Sequence record: PP712906.1 | Length of the DNA: 64,000 nucleotides | Reading direction: 5' to 3' (one strand) | Shown: in pieces, positions 39,447-48,842 of the stretch | Numbering within the stretch: position 1 is the first letter of the stretch | How the letters are laid out: the number at the start of each line of letters is the position of its first letter | Made by a program: the position numbers and the translations under genes | The notes under the pieces: model-generated | Told to the model about the DNA's origin: nothing | Seen by the model: only the letters and a program-made list of their open reading frames with translations | Databases searched by the model: none

Positions 39447-39616
39447 TTTATGTTTACCTCAGCATTTGTGTATAACGCACTGATTTTTCTCGCTATTCTA
39501 TCTGTTGGTGCTATTTTTGCATATTTTATTGCGAAAATGCTTGACAAGAGTGAGGAGAAACGTGTTAAACTACGTCACAAGCTCATAAGACAACGAGCGA
39601 GAAAGAGACTACCGAA

Positions 39617-39847
39617 ATGAGTTTTGAAACAAACAAAAAGCTTGCCGAAGCATTTGACTCATGGCGTGTAGTGCCTAGAATTTTAGTTGCACTGTACTGT
39701 TACTTACTGTATACTACAGCAATATGGTTCATGGCACTGCCTGATCCGTCAGCAACTCAATCAGCATTCGTATCGACAATTGTCGGTGCGGGTGCTGCAA
39801 TCTTCGGCTTATACACTAATTCTGGAAAAGGAAAGACTAATGGCTAA
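39617..39847 (+). CDS. small two-TM membrane protein
   Basis: DSWRVVPR followed by two TM helices. Confidence 0.7.
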   Translation: MSFETNKKLAEAFDSWRVVPRILVALYCYLLYTTAIWFMALPDPSATQSAFVSTIVGAGAAIFGLYTNSGKGKTNG

Positions 39848-40031
39848 ACGACTATACCCACATGAAGTTGATCACGAACTACAGCGTCGCGACGTTTGGT
39901 TGAAAGCGTGGTGTCATACTGCTAACGCTAATGACTGTAAAGAAACATCAACTGCAACAAACTATGCTGATGCGTGTCTGGCTGCATTTGACCGTCGTTT
40001 TGAAGCTATCGAGGTAATTAAACATGACTGA
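39840..40031 (+). CDS. hypothetical protein
   Basis: Overlapping start; AAAGGA SD. Confidence 0.6.
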   Translation: MAKRLYPHEVDHELQRRDVWLKAWCHTANANDCKETSTATNYADACLAAFDRRFEAIEVIKHD

Positions 40032-40422
40032 TTTTGATATTGCACTACTTAATCCGACTATCATCAAGTCAACTGAAATCGCAGGTCATAACTTCGGTAA
40101 CAAAGTTATCGAGATTGTGAGTGATCACATTGACGGCGATGACATGGATAACTTCATTGAATTCATCGTTGAAGCTGAAGCACGAGAGCGTGAGCACCCG
40201 TATGTAGGTCATTTCTACGGTGATTTGTTAGTCATGAGCTTGTCTGAAGACCGTCATCACTTCGAAGCACGTATGTCTGACGAAGACATTGCGAATCTGA
40301 CAATCACGATTGATGATGCATTCATTCAATACACAAATGAGTTTATTGAATGGTACAAGCAGAAAGCGCGAGAGTTCTTCGATGATGATGAATTGGAATT
40401 CATCATTGAAAACGAAATCTAA
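40024..40422 (+). CDS. hypothetical acidic protein
   Basis: GAGG SD; followed by a terminator. Confidence 0.7.
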   Translation: MTDFDIALLNPTIIKSTEIAGHNFGNKVIEIVSDHIDGDDMDNFIEFIVEAEAREREHPYVGHFYGDLLVMSLSEDRHHFEARMSDEDIANLTITIDDAFIQYTNEFIEWYKQKAREFFDDDELEFIIENEI

Positions 40423-40424
40423 CA

Positions 40425-40451
40425 AAATCCCGTCTTAATGGCGGGATTTTT
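40425..40451 (+). terminator. rho-independent terminator
   Basis: AAAATCCCG-TCTTAATGG-CGGGATTTTT. Confidence 0.75.
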
Positions 40452-40494
40452 AGTTTTCATCTAAATAGAAGAAACAACACAAAAAGGTATCATA

Positions 40495-41949
40495 ATGAAA
40501 CTGTTTACTGAATTTTATCAAGAAGTTCGACTTGACGAAATCTCAGATCGTGCGAATATCGACATTGATTGGGATTGGGGTCATGAGAACGGTACGGGAG
40601 AAACTTCGGCGAGATTTGACGCAGCCGGTGAGAAATTCCAAGTTAGCGTTGACGAGAGCAACCCGGGTTATTTCACAATCACATTCCAGAACTCTAGTGG
40701 TTATTCTCAGACTGGTAGAGCGGGACACTCTGCGGCTGCTGTATTCTCTGGCGTATTGACGACTTTACGTGAATTCACCGAAACGTACGAAGAAGAAATG
40801 GGCATGAAACCATATGAATATGACTTCAGCGCAGCGTACGAACTACCGAGAAATCACGACTATTACTCGTTGGTTCACAATCGTCGCGAGGCAACTCGTT
40901 TAGATGAAGAAAGCAAGAAAAAGCTATTGAAAGACTTGATTTCTCGCCCTATGCTTTACTACGCACTATCGTTGACGTTTGGTAAAGAATACGGCTATTC
41001 AACTGAAATTAGCGACCGTTGGCTTGCTCGTCTTGCAGGGGGCGCGAATGATTTCCGTTCCGTTCGTAAGAACGTGACTCGAAGCATTCTGTCGATGAAT
41101 GACAACGACGTTAACCAAGCGTTGATGAACATGAGCGGTTCTGTTTCGTTCACTCTTACCAACGAAAACGAACGTCCTAGCAGCTACGACACAGCATTCG
41201 GTGGCGGTCCGTCTCTTGAAGACTACGTTGATGAAGCAGACCAGTACCAAATCGAAGCGTGGATCAATGATGGTCGTGAAGATGAAATCATCGAACATGC
41301 TGATTGGCAAACTCTAGTTCGCATTGCGGAATGGGGTCTGATGCACGATGAACTGATTTTCCATGATGATGAAGACGTTCGAAACGCGGTAATCCGCACA
41401 GACTACGAAATGGGCGAGAAACTAGCCGAATCGCCTGAGTGGGAACATCGTAAACAAGCTGCTGAAAATGGTTTTGGCATTTGGGATCTTGTTCTTGACT
41501 CTGACGAAGACGTGCGCGAAGCTGCATGGGACTGGTCGTTTGAAAATGACGATGCTGATACTCGAATCACATACGCGAAACGCTACGAAGGCAACTTCGG
41601 TCGCGCAATGGCTGAAGACGTGTGGGATCGCATGATCGACGATTCAGATGACTATGAAGAGCGTCAATACGTAGCTGAACAAGGTTATCGTCTTGAAGAA
41701 CTTCTAGCAGACCATGACGAAGACGTGCGTTCTTCTGCAATCAATGCTGTATTCACGGTAATGGGTCTGGATGGTCGAGAAGCGGCTGAGTTCTTGATGG
41801 AAAACTCTGAACCTTACCAAGAAGAAGTGTTTGAATACGCGATTAACGGTAACTTCGGTCCATCTTTCGATGAAGCACTAATCGAAATTGCTGAAGAAAA
41901 CGGCGTTGATGTTTCTGAGTACAAAGAAGACGAAGACGAAGACGAATAA
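40495..41949 (+). CDS. very acidic HEAT/LRV-repeat protein with capsid-targeting-like leader (paralog family member B)
   Basis: MKLFTEFYQEVRLDE leader; CTAAATA at 40461-40467; three units ending DEDVR. Confidence 0.82.
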   Translation: MKLFTEFYQEVRLDEISDRANIDIDWDWGHENGTGETSARFDAAGEKFQVSVDESNPGYFTITFQNSSGYSQTGRAGHSAAAVFSGVLTTLREFTETYEEEMGMKPYEYDFSAAYELPRNHDYYSLVHNRREATRLDEESKKKLLKDLISRPMLYYALSLTFGKEYGYSTEISDRWLARLAGGANDFRSVRKNVTRSILSMNDNDVNQALMNMSGSVSFTLTNENERPSSYDTAFGGGPSLEDYVDEADQYQIEAWINDGREDEIIEHADWQTLVRIAEWGLMHDELIFHDDEDVRNAVIRTDYEMGEKLAESPEWEHRKQAAENGFGIWDLVLDSDEDVREAAWDWSFENDDADTRITYAKRYEGNFGRAMAEDVWDRMIDDSDDYEERQYVAEQGYRLEELLADHDEDVRSSAINAVFTVMGLDGREAAEFLMENSEPYQEEVFEYAINGNFGPSFDEALIEIAEENGVDVSEYKEDEDEDE

Positions 41950-41952
41950 TGA

Positions 41953-42020
41953 AAAAAGGGTTGACAGATGTCAGCCCTTTCGTGTATTCTACGTATAAGA
42001 AATCAACGGAGAGTAATATG
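41953..42020 (+). promoter_or_regulatory. early promoter within a terminator hairpin
   Basis: AAGGG-TTGACA-GA-TGTCAG-CCCTT hairpin; TATTCT at 41985-41990. Confidence 0.7.
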
Positions 42021-42281
42021 AACATCCAAGACTTAACTGAAATCTTTATCAATTTTCATGACGAAAATTATGAAGTTGATGCAACACTTGACCGAATTGA
42101 AGACGTAATCGACCGAGAAGACGTGCATGGCGTAATGCTGCCATTTTCTCAAGGCGTGAGCATCTTTATTGAAAAGGTCGACAATACCGATCTTACCATT
42201 GCTGAATATGAAGCATTCGTTGTTGAAAAACTTGAAGAAGAGTTCAACGACGAAATTGGCGAAATCGAATTCATTTACTAA
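42018..42281 (+). CDS. hypothetical acidic protein
   Basis: GGAGAG SD before ATG 42018. Confidence 0.7.
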   Translation: MNIQDLTEIFINFHDENYEVDATLDRIEDVIDREDVHGVMLPFSQGVSIFIEKVDNTDLTIAEYEAFVVEKLEEEFNDEIGEIEFIY

Positions 42282-42291
42282 GAGAGAAAAC

Positions 42292-42915
42292 ATGCTTCTA
42301 GCTGACTACATCAAACACGCAATGCAAGAATATCACACGATTTTCCCGACACGATTTTCTGTGCTTGAACACCTTTTCGCTACGAATGGGAATGGAATCA
42401 CGCTCAAAAACGGTTATATTTATGATCGCGAGACTCGTGACGTAAAGCAAAAGCCCTTGCTATCGCGTGAAGACATCATTCTAGAAGTGAAAGACGCTTC
42501 TGAGCATTCTCTAGGCATGTGGGCTCGGTTTGTCAAAGAACTCGGTGATGAACACCCAGAGCTAGTCGAAAAATTCAAGAAGAAGATCGACGCACAGCTT
42601 GAAGAAGATGAACGCACGGTCGAAAGACTATGTAACATCGACGAAGCATACAAAATTCATCCAGATTTAACCAATCTGCATGTATATGCATGGGGCGGGG
42701 ATCGTCGCTACATTCCAATGTATGACTTCGAAAACTCGAAGTACGATGACACAATCGAGCAACTTGAGTACTTCAGAGATTGCATTGCCAACGCAACTGT
42801 ACGTGAAGTCACAGAAGACGACTCACAAACCGATCAGTTCTACGCTCGTGGACTCGTATCGTGGAAAGAAAACATCGGTGAAATCGACAAAATCATCGAG
42901 AAGCTTCGTAAGTAA
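42292..42915 (+). CDS. hypothetical protein
   Basis: AAGAGAG SD before ATG 42292. Confidence 0.75.
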   Translation: MLLADYIKHAMQEYHTIFPTRFSVLEHLFATNGNGITLKNGYIYDRETRDVKQKPLLSREDIILEVKDASEHSLGMWARFVKELGDEHPELVEKFKKKIDAQLEEDERTVERLCNIDEAYKIHPDLTNLHVYAWGGDRRYIPMYDFENSKYDDTIEQLEYFRDCIANATVREVTEDDSQTDQFYARGLVSWKENIGEIDKIIEKLRK

Positions 42916-42972
42916 TGTTTAATCTCTCTTGTTTATTGACTATAATTTAAGCATAACAAGAGAGGTGAACAA

Positions 42973-43188
42973 ATGGGACATTACGATTGCAAAGAATGCG
43001 GCACTTTTGGTTGTTTCGGTGAGTGTCAAGAGCCAGCAAACGTCGAGCGAGAAAAGCAACGTGTAGAGCGTCAAGCACGTGCTGACAAATACGCTGCGAT
43101 TCTTGAAGCTGAAGAGAGACGAGTACGCGACTTAGAAAAAGCACGCGCATTCTTCTTGGTGCATTATAAGAAAGGGAATCCGATTTAA
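42973..43188 (+). CDS. small Cys-rich protein
   Basis: YDCKECGTFGCFGEC; GAGGTG SD. Confidence 0.7.
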   Translation: MGHYDCKECGTFGCFGECQEPANVEREKQRVERQARADKYAAILEAEERRVRDLEKARAFFLVHYKKGNPI

Positions 43189-43565
43189 TGCTGCACAAGT
43201 ATTCGACAAATCGTTTCATGAACATGGTTAATTACATGAGTTCTCAGTTCGTACAAGGTACGATTTTCTTGGGATTCATGCCGATTACAGCGCCTGACGA
43301 TTCTTGGGGAATGAACGTACCTGAGAGTGACCATCGTTGGTGCGCTGTCCATTTATTCGATTCTGAGCAACAAGCTACACGCTCAGATGAAGAAGAACGC
43401 GAACAGAAGCGAATCAATAAAGGTTATGAGTGGTTGGTCGTGCTTTATGGAACTGACAACACATCGTACATGAAACGCTTTAAACGTCGCGAAGACGCAA
43501 TCGCGTGGTTCTTCAATGAAGAATCGGTAAAAACACTAGATGGGCTATTTTTCTACAATAGTTGA
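43188..43565 (+). CDS. hypothetical protein
   Basis: TAATG coupling. Confidence 0.65.
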   Translation: MLHKYSTNRFMNMVNYMSSQFVQGTIFLGFMPITAPDDSWGMNVPESDHRWCAVHLFDSEQQATRSDEEEREQKRINKGYEWLVVLYGTDNTSYMKRFKRREDAIAWFFNEESVKTLDGLFFYNS

Positions 43566-43567
43566 AT

Positions 43568-43636
43568 AAAAAGGGTTGCACAGTGCAGCCCTTTTCTATA
43601 TCATGAGCACATCAAAACGAAAGAGAGACGAATATG
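43568..43636 (+). promoter_or_regulatory. early promoter cassette within a terminator hairpin
   Basis: TTGCAC 43576-43581, 17 bp spacer, TATCAT 43599-43604, CATCAAAACGA 43610-43620. Confidence 0.8.
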
Positions 43637-44254
43637 AACGTTGAACAAACACTACGTGAATTGAATATCACCAACAACCAAGTTTACACTCGCATCGTAA
43701 ATGAAGCAATGAAACCGAACATTCTTTCAATTTATGAACACATGAGATTGAAAATCGGATATAATCAAGAAATTTGGTATGGTGACGCTGATGTGTATGT
43801 ATCAATCGAGCCTGCATTCGAGAAATACAGAGAACAGCATGACGTTTTGATCATCAACAACGTTGTATCGTGCTTTGATCGAGCAATTGTCATTGCAATT
43901 ATCAACAAAGAGACTGGCGACATACCATTGTGTAAATGTGTCGAGGGTCAAGGTGTGAAACACGAGGGTTGGAATTTCGGTGATCATCGTGATTGGAAGA
44001 TTGAAGGTCTCGATACGCTTCGCGAACACAAGTGGAAATTTGGTTACGAGGATTTGCGCGACGACTCGCTTGTATTTCAGCTAGATTCGATTTGGGCTGA
44101 TATTCGACCAGATAAGCCGTATAACGGTTGGCATCGTTCGTCTTATGGTTGTGGGTTTCATGTTGAGAATCTACTGTACGCAGAACGCGAAATCAGATGG
44201 GCATTCAGTTCTGTTGTTGAAGAAGAAGCATATACAATTTGCGAAAAAGAATAA
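43634..44254 (+). CDS. hypothetical early protein
   Basis: Behind the promoter cassette. Confidence 0.78.
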   Translation: MNVEQTLRELNITNNQVYTRIVNEAMKPNILSIYEHMRLKIGYNQEIWYGDADVYVSIEPAFEKYREQHDVLIINNVVSCFDRAIVIAIINKETGDIPLCKCVEGQGVKHEGWNFGDHRDWKIEGLDTLREHKWKFGYEDLRDDSLVFQLDSIWADIRPDKPYNGWHRSSYGCGFHVENLLYAEREIRWAFSSVVEEEAYTICEKE

Positions 44255-44278
44255 AAAGAGGGGCATTCGCCCCTTTTT
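44253..44278. terminator. bidirectional terminator
   Basis: AAAAAGAGGGGC-ATTC-GCCCCTTTTT between convergent genes. Confidence 0.8.
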
Positions 44279-45332
44279 ATGGTCTGTAGATCATGTGATT
44301 TGAACCCATTCGTTCCCATGTACCTAGATTCATGCGATTTTTCATTTCAGCGAAGAATGCTGGGTTTGCTCTAATGTCATCAAGTGGCAGTGCAACAACA
44401 CCTTCAGTTTTATGCGCCAATAGCTCTAGTTTATCAAGCAAATCAGACGTTGTACGACCGTCATATTTGAATTGACTGAACCAATAACCAATCTTACTGA
44501 ATTTCGTATCTCTTGTGTATTTCACATCAAAGCCTTTCAGAGCATACGCTAAGTTACTTTCTTTACCGTGAAACGGCTTGCGATATGCGCTATGTTCAGC
44601 ACCAGCACGAGCAAGCAATCTCTTCTTAGCTGCGTCTGGTAGATTGAACCACCCATCAAAGTTTTTCTTGAAGTTCAACATCCATGCTTCTGGCGTAGCC
44701 GGTGAGCCTTTGAAGTATGCTTTCGTATCAGCAATGGCTTGTGCATAGCGTGCGTTAATCTCATGAGAATAGTTCTGATATTCGTCGTGAGACGCTTCGT
44801 GACCGCTTTTAGCGTGACGGATGAACTCTTTATCAATGTATCCGCGTTTACGCCCTGAGTGTTGATACACGCCCTCTGCGTCGCTTGTCTCGAAGTCTTC
44901 AATGTCACCAGAACGATAGTTGTCGTAAGCGTGTTGCAGTTCATGTAATGCCGTGCTATACAACTGTGGCTTCTGCAATCTGAATTTCGCCATGATTTGA
45001 CTAACTGCTGTTACTCCAGTTATATCCACGACAAGCTTGAGATACCCTGCTTCTGTGATCGAGTCGTCATGTAATTTGCCATTCCAAACACCGAGTTCGG
45101 TTGGGTTATTATTGTCTAACTTCAGATATGCTAGAATACCTTCAGCTAGTAATGCATCGAACTCACTCTCACCAGTTCTGATATTCAGAGTTTTTGTGTT
45201 GACGGATAGTTTATTTGGATCCCATGGTGCTTTACTTAGAGCGCCTTCTAACTGGCGTTCCAATGTATCGACGATGGTTTTTGACGCTTGTTCTAATGCG
45301 CGTTGTGATTGTACGTTTTCAAAAATAATCAT
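44277..45332 (-). CDS. HExxH zinc metallopeptidase-like protein with a late promoter
   Basis: TALHELQHAYD; MIIFENVQSQRALE leader; CTAAATA on the minus strand at 45365-45371. Confidence 0.78.
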   Translation of the reverse strand: MIIFENVQSQRALEQASKTIVDTLERQLEGALSKAPWDPNKLSVNTKTLNIRTGESEFDALLAEGILAYLKLDNNNPTELGVWNGKLHDDSITEAGYLKLVVDITGVTAVSQIMAKFRLQKPQLYSTALHELQHAYDNYRSGDIEDFETSDAEGVYQHSGRKRGYIDKEFIRHAKSGHEASHDEYQNYSHEINARYAQAIADTKAYFKGSPATPEAWMLNFKKNFDGWFNLPDAAKKRLLARAGAEHSAYRKPFHGKESNLAYALKGFDVKYTRDTKFSKIGYWFSQFKYDGRTTSDLLDKLELLAHKTEGVVALPLDDIRANPAFFAEMKNRMNLGTWERMGSNHMIYRP

Positions 45333-45350
45333 CTTTTTTCTCGAATTCGG

Positions 45351-45412
45351 TTGACTGTATTACTTATTTAGGTTAATATCTCTCTCATCGAAACGAAAGA
45401 GAGAACATTATG
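45351..45412 (+). promoter_or_regulatory. early promoter cassette with a nested divergent late promoter
   Basis: TTGACT 45351-45356, 17 bp spacer, TAATAT 45374-45379, CATCGAAACGA 45386-45396. Confidence 0.8.
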
Positions 45413-46105
45413 ACTAATGCAGCACGCAAATATGTATACGACATCTTCCATGATGAGCTTCAAAAGCCGGTTGTGAATCTAGACGTATTTAAAATCAAGG
45501 GTTCAGATGGTAAGCCAGTGATTAACTATCTATCGAACCCGCACCTACGCAAACAACGCTTTATTATGTTCGTGAATAAACGACATAACATCAAGTATGG
45601 ACGTTCTTTTTGGTCGCATGATATTCGTGATGATTGTGACAAAATCGAAGGTACTTGGTCGAGCGTGGCTAAGGAAATCATCAAACGCAAAGCCGAATAC
45701 GCAAATTACGTGACTAAGACGTATCTTGATTACGACTATGGTGTTGAAGAGCCGACCCTTGCAATCATCGACAAGATGCTGAATAAGCCGAAGCGTTTTC
45801 ACGTTGCAAAGTACATCAATAATGAACTGTGTGTCACATCGACGAACAATTCAACTGTGCTAATTGATCGTGATACTGGTGTGAAATTCGTTGCGAAGAT
45901 GCAAGATTATCGCCATACTAGTGATATAATGCGACTTGCAACACCTGAAAAAGTGTTTACACCTAACGAAGAAAAAGCACTTTGCAGTGCAATTACACAT
46001 CTTGTAAATTCTCGCATCAACGATATTCGTGCTAAGAAACGTGCGAAAGAAGAGAAACGCCGCCAAGCAAAACGTCAACAACTAATCGAAGCATACGGGG
46101 CATAA
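45410..46105 (+). CDS. hypothetical early protein
   Basis: Behind the promoter cassette. Confidence 0.8.
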   Translation: MTNAARKYVYDIFHDELQKPVVNLDVFKIKGSDGKPVINYLSNPHLRKQRFIMFVNKRHNIKYGRSFWSHDIRDDCDKIEGTWSSVAKEIIKRKAEYANYVTKTYLDYDYGVEEPTLAIIDKMLNKPKRFHVAKYINNELCVTSTNNSTVLIDRDTGVKFVAKMQDYRHTSDIMRLATPEKVFTPNEEKALCSAITHLVNSRINDIRAKKRAKEEKRRQAKRQQLIEAYGA

Positions 46106-46107
46106 TC

Positions 46108-46500
46108 ATGGCATACGAAGTAATCAACGGCAAATTGCGTAAAGTAAAGAAAAACAAGCCACGCGACTATGATAAAGAATGGTCAAAGATGCACGAATCT
46201 GCCAAGAAGCAAGTCGAAATCATGGATCGTATTCATGAACGTGAGCGCATTGACCGTCTAGGTACTCGTGAGCGTCACGAAGCAATGATTGACCTTGCTA
46301 AACGCAATGAGCGTAAAGGTAAGAAAGGCGGTGACTGTAACGTAACTCAGTGTCAAAAGCCAGGCGCAAGCTCTTACAACACTGCAATGAGAGCGTATTA
46401 CTGCGAGTCTTGTGCTCACGATATTTGGCAAGCAGGTCAACGCGACGGTCGTGACTTCATTCGACCAACACCAGATTACACATACAAGTACGAGGGTTAA
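46108..46500 (+). CDS. zinc-finger-like hypothetical protein
   Basis: CNVTQC...YYCESC. Confidence 0.7.
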   Translation: MAYEVINGKLRKVKKNKPRDYDKEWSKMHESAKKQVEIMDRIHERERIDRLGTRERHEAMIDLAKRNERKGKKGGDCNVTQCQKPGASSYNTAMRAYYCESCAHDIWQAGQRDGRDFIRPTPDYTYKYEG

Positions 46501-46504
46501 TCTC

Positions 46505-46744
46505 ATGGGCGATTTTCTATTGGCAATGTTTATCTTCTCGTTCGTAATGGCAAACATCGGTTCGATTTTCATTTGCTTGTATGCGGCATTCAATCGCCAA
46601 TACAACGTACCGATGATCTTAGTTGCACTGTACGGGTTCATGGGTACATTTGTTGTCGGCATCGTGTTCTTTCTGCTGTTCATCTTTGCCAAAATCGAAG
46701 AAACGAAATTCTGGCAAAAACTGTCTAAAATGAGGGAATTCTAA
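46505..46744 (+). CDS. small membrane protein
   Basis: Two TM segments; GAGGG SD. Confidence 0.65.
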   Translation: MGDFLLAMFIFSFVMANIGSIFICLYAAFNRQYNVPMILVALYGFMGTFVVGIVFFLLFIFAKIEETKFWQKLSKMREF

Positions 46745-47076
46745 TGCAACAAACTGTATTATTCATCGACTTCCGCAACCCACACACTGCGATTGTCGCC
46801 AACACGACATTACGAGACAAAAACTTCGATTTGTCGGGTATGGGATTGCGTCGAGCTTGTCAGTCGAACTATATTGCACTTGAGAAGCAAGGCAAATGGC
46901 GTTTAGTGAAATGTCGTTACATGTTTGGGTTCGAATCTATGGAATTCAACACGCTCGATGGTGTTGTTGCATTCATCAACGCGATTAACATCGACAACAA
47001 TCAACCATTGATTCGTGAAGTTGTTGTTGAAGAAGTCGCACCCGTGTACACTAACATTAAAGTACGAGGTTTATAA
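46744..47076 (+). CDS. hypothetical protein
   Basis: TAATG coupling. Confidence 0.65.
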   Translation: MQQTVLFIDFRNPHTAIVANTTLRDKNFDLSGMGLRRACQSNYIALEKQGKWRLVKCRYMFGFESMEFNTLDGVVAFINAINIDNNQPLIREVVVEEVAPVYTNIKVRGL

Positions 47077-47357
47077 TGGGATTTGAAACAAAAATTATCT
47101 GCTATGCAGCGCACGTAACTGAATTTGAGCCAGGATGGGGAACTCGACCAGATGGTTACATCATTGCCAAGACTGAAGCTGATGTTCTGGCAAAAGGCGA
47201 GCACATGCGAGAGATCGCTAAACAATCCAAACACGGCTATGAGTATATCGGTGAAGTCTTTAAGTTCGAACCGACTCAGAAAGCTATTGATGAATTAACC
47301 GACCGTGACTATATCTGGACTGGTCGAAACTTTGATGAATGGGGTACTGTACTATGA
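47076..47357 (+). CDS. hypothetical protein
   Basis: TAATG coupling; EFEPGWGTRPDG motif. Confidence 0.7.
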   Translation: MGFETKIICYAAHVTEFEPGWGTRPDGYIIAKTEADVLAKGEHMREIAKQSKHGYEYIGEVFKFEPTQKAIDELTDRDYIWTGRNFDEWGTVL

Positions 47358-47587
47358 CAATCTTTCTGCTTGTATCATTCTTTCTAGGCGCTTATTTCAT
47401 GAGCGAACTGCCACCAGAATTGCGATACAAAACAACATCGCCTAAGAAACTATGGGCTTCTGCATCACGACTGCAACAAATTGCACTTGTTGTCGGGTTT
47501 GTCGGCGTGCTGTTCTTCTACTTGATTCTAGCTATCCTAATTGGATGGACTAAAGTTAAAGAATCTGACTGGAATCGCAAGGCATGA
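47354..47587 (+). CDS. small membrane protein
   Basis: Hydrophobic segments; ATGA coupling. Confidence 0.6.
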   Translation: MTIFLLVSFFLGAYFMSELPPELRYKTTSPKKLWASASRLQQIALVVGFVGVLFFYLILAILIGWTKVKESDWNRKA

Positions 47588-47750
47588 TAGTTCTTCAGCA
47601 CGAGACTGACGGGTATATCGTCCAAATTGGATGTGACATTTGTTGCACCCCTGACATTGACAAAGCATCCATATTCGAAACTGTTGGTGTCGCACAAGAA
47701 TTCAAAGATCAATGGGACTTATGGGACTGGGAAGTTAGAGAGGTCGGCTT

Positions 47751-47939
47751 ATGATGCGTAGGCATGAAATTCAAGAACTAGTTGAGCGTCGCGGGTTTGA
47801 ATTTCGCGAAGCAATCAATGAATACAGCGAATCACGTTGGCAAGTCATCGACAATGGTACAGTGGTCTACGAATCATACAATGAATACTGCATTGAAGCA
47901 TTCTTGCTTGGCGTAGATTACATCACAGACGCAATTTAA
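47751..47939 (+). CDS. hypothetical protein
   Basis: GAGG SD; followed by a terminator at 47939-47959. Confidence 0.6.
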   Translation: MMRRHEIQELVERRGFEFREAINEYSESRWQVIDNGTVVYESYNEYCIEAFLLGVDYITDAI

Positions 47940-47968
47940 GCCGCATTTCGCGGCTTTTTGAGGTTCAT

Positions 47969-48271
47969 ATGAAGAAACAAATATTAAACATTCAGCGCGA
48001 CGATGCGAAATTCGAGCTATATCGTCAAGGTCAAGCTGCACGTCATGCACGTGCTGAAATCATCCGACACGTTGCGAAGAATCATAACCCATTTCTAGTT
48101 GGTCAATACACGCTTTACAAAGAGCACGACGTGAAAATCGTTCGTCAGTTGCTGCGTTATGCTGAGATAGATGCTGATGTGCGAGTTGTCCCTACGATTG
48201 GTCGTTTGCCAGACTGTTTGAACGAAATTCACGGAATCGGATTCGAGGTAACGCTAAATAATGATAGTTAA
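47969..48271 (+). CDS. hypothetical protein
   Basis: GAGG SD. Confidence 0.65.
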   Translation: MKKQILNIQRDDAKFELYRQGQAARHARAEIIRHVAKNHNPFLVGQYTLYKEHDVKIVRQLLRYAEIDADVRVVPTIGRLPDCLNEIHGIGFEVTLNNDS

Positions 48272-48545
48272 CATTGCTCATCATTCTTTTGATGTGTACA
48301 TTGGTCGCGGCACACCGTTCGGAAATCCATTCAAAGCAGGGATCGACGGCACTCGGAGCGAAGTTATTGAGCTTTATCGAGAGTGGTTGCGCATTCAATT
48401 ACAAGACGACGAATTTAAAAAGCAGTTTATGCAACTAAAAGGAAAGATTCTCGGCTGTCATTGTAAGCCAAAAGCGTGCCATGGCGATGTAATTCTCGAA
48501 GAACTTGATAGATTGAGCAGCCCACTAAACAATTTTATAGGTTAA
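48261..48545 (+). CDS. DUF4326-family protein
   Basis: DVYIGRGTPFGNPF..LKGKILGCHCKPKACHGDVI. Confidence 0.88.
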   Translation: MIVNIAHHSFDVYIGRGTPFGNPFKAGIDGTRSEVIELYREWLRIQLQDDEFKKQFMQLKGKILGCHCKPKACHGDVILEELDRLSSPLNNFIG

Positions 48546-48548
48546 TCT

Positions 48549-48842
48549 ATGAGAGAAGCAATTGCATTATTAAGCAACACGAGAATGGGATATACTGACA
48601 TTAGCGCATTTGGCGATCCAGTATTATATGTTCATGCGGGACATGAGACGGTATTAAAAGTGCAATACACTGAAGATTGCTACTCATTTTACGACTACAG
48701 AAGCAAGTATCTTTATACAGAGCAGTCCATCGACGACTTAGAGATACATTTGAAATCAATAGATGTCGGGCTAGACGATGATCTACCGTTAAATGGTAAC
48801 ATCGACAAAGACACAATACCAGACGGGGAATTTTTAGAATGA
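48549..48842 (+). CDS. hypothetical protein
   Basis: ORF leading into the paralog pair. Confidence 0.6.
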   Translation: MREAIALLSNTRMGYTDISAFGDPVLYVHAGHETVLKVQYTEDCYSFYDYRSKYLYTEQSIDDLEIHLKSIDVGLDDDLPLNGNIDKDTIPDGEFLE

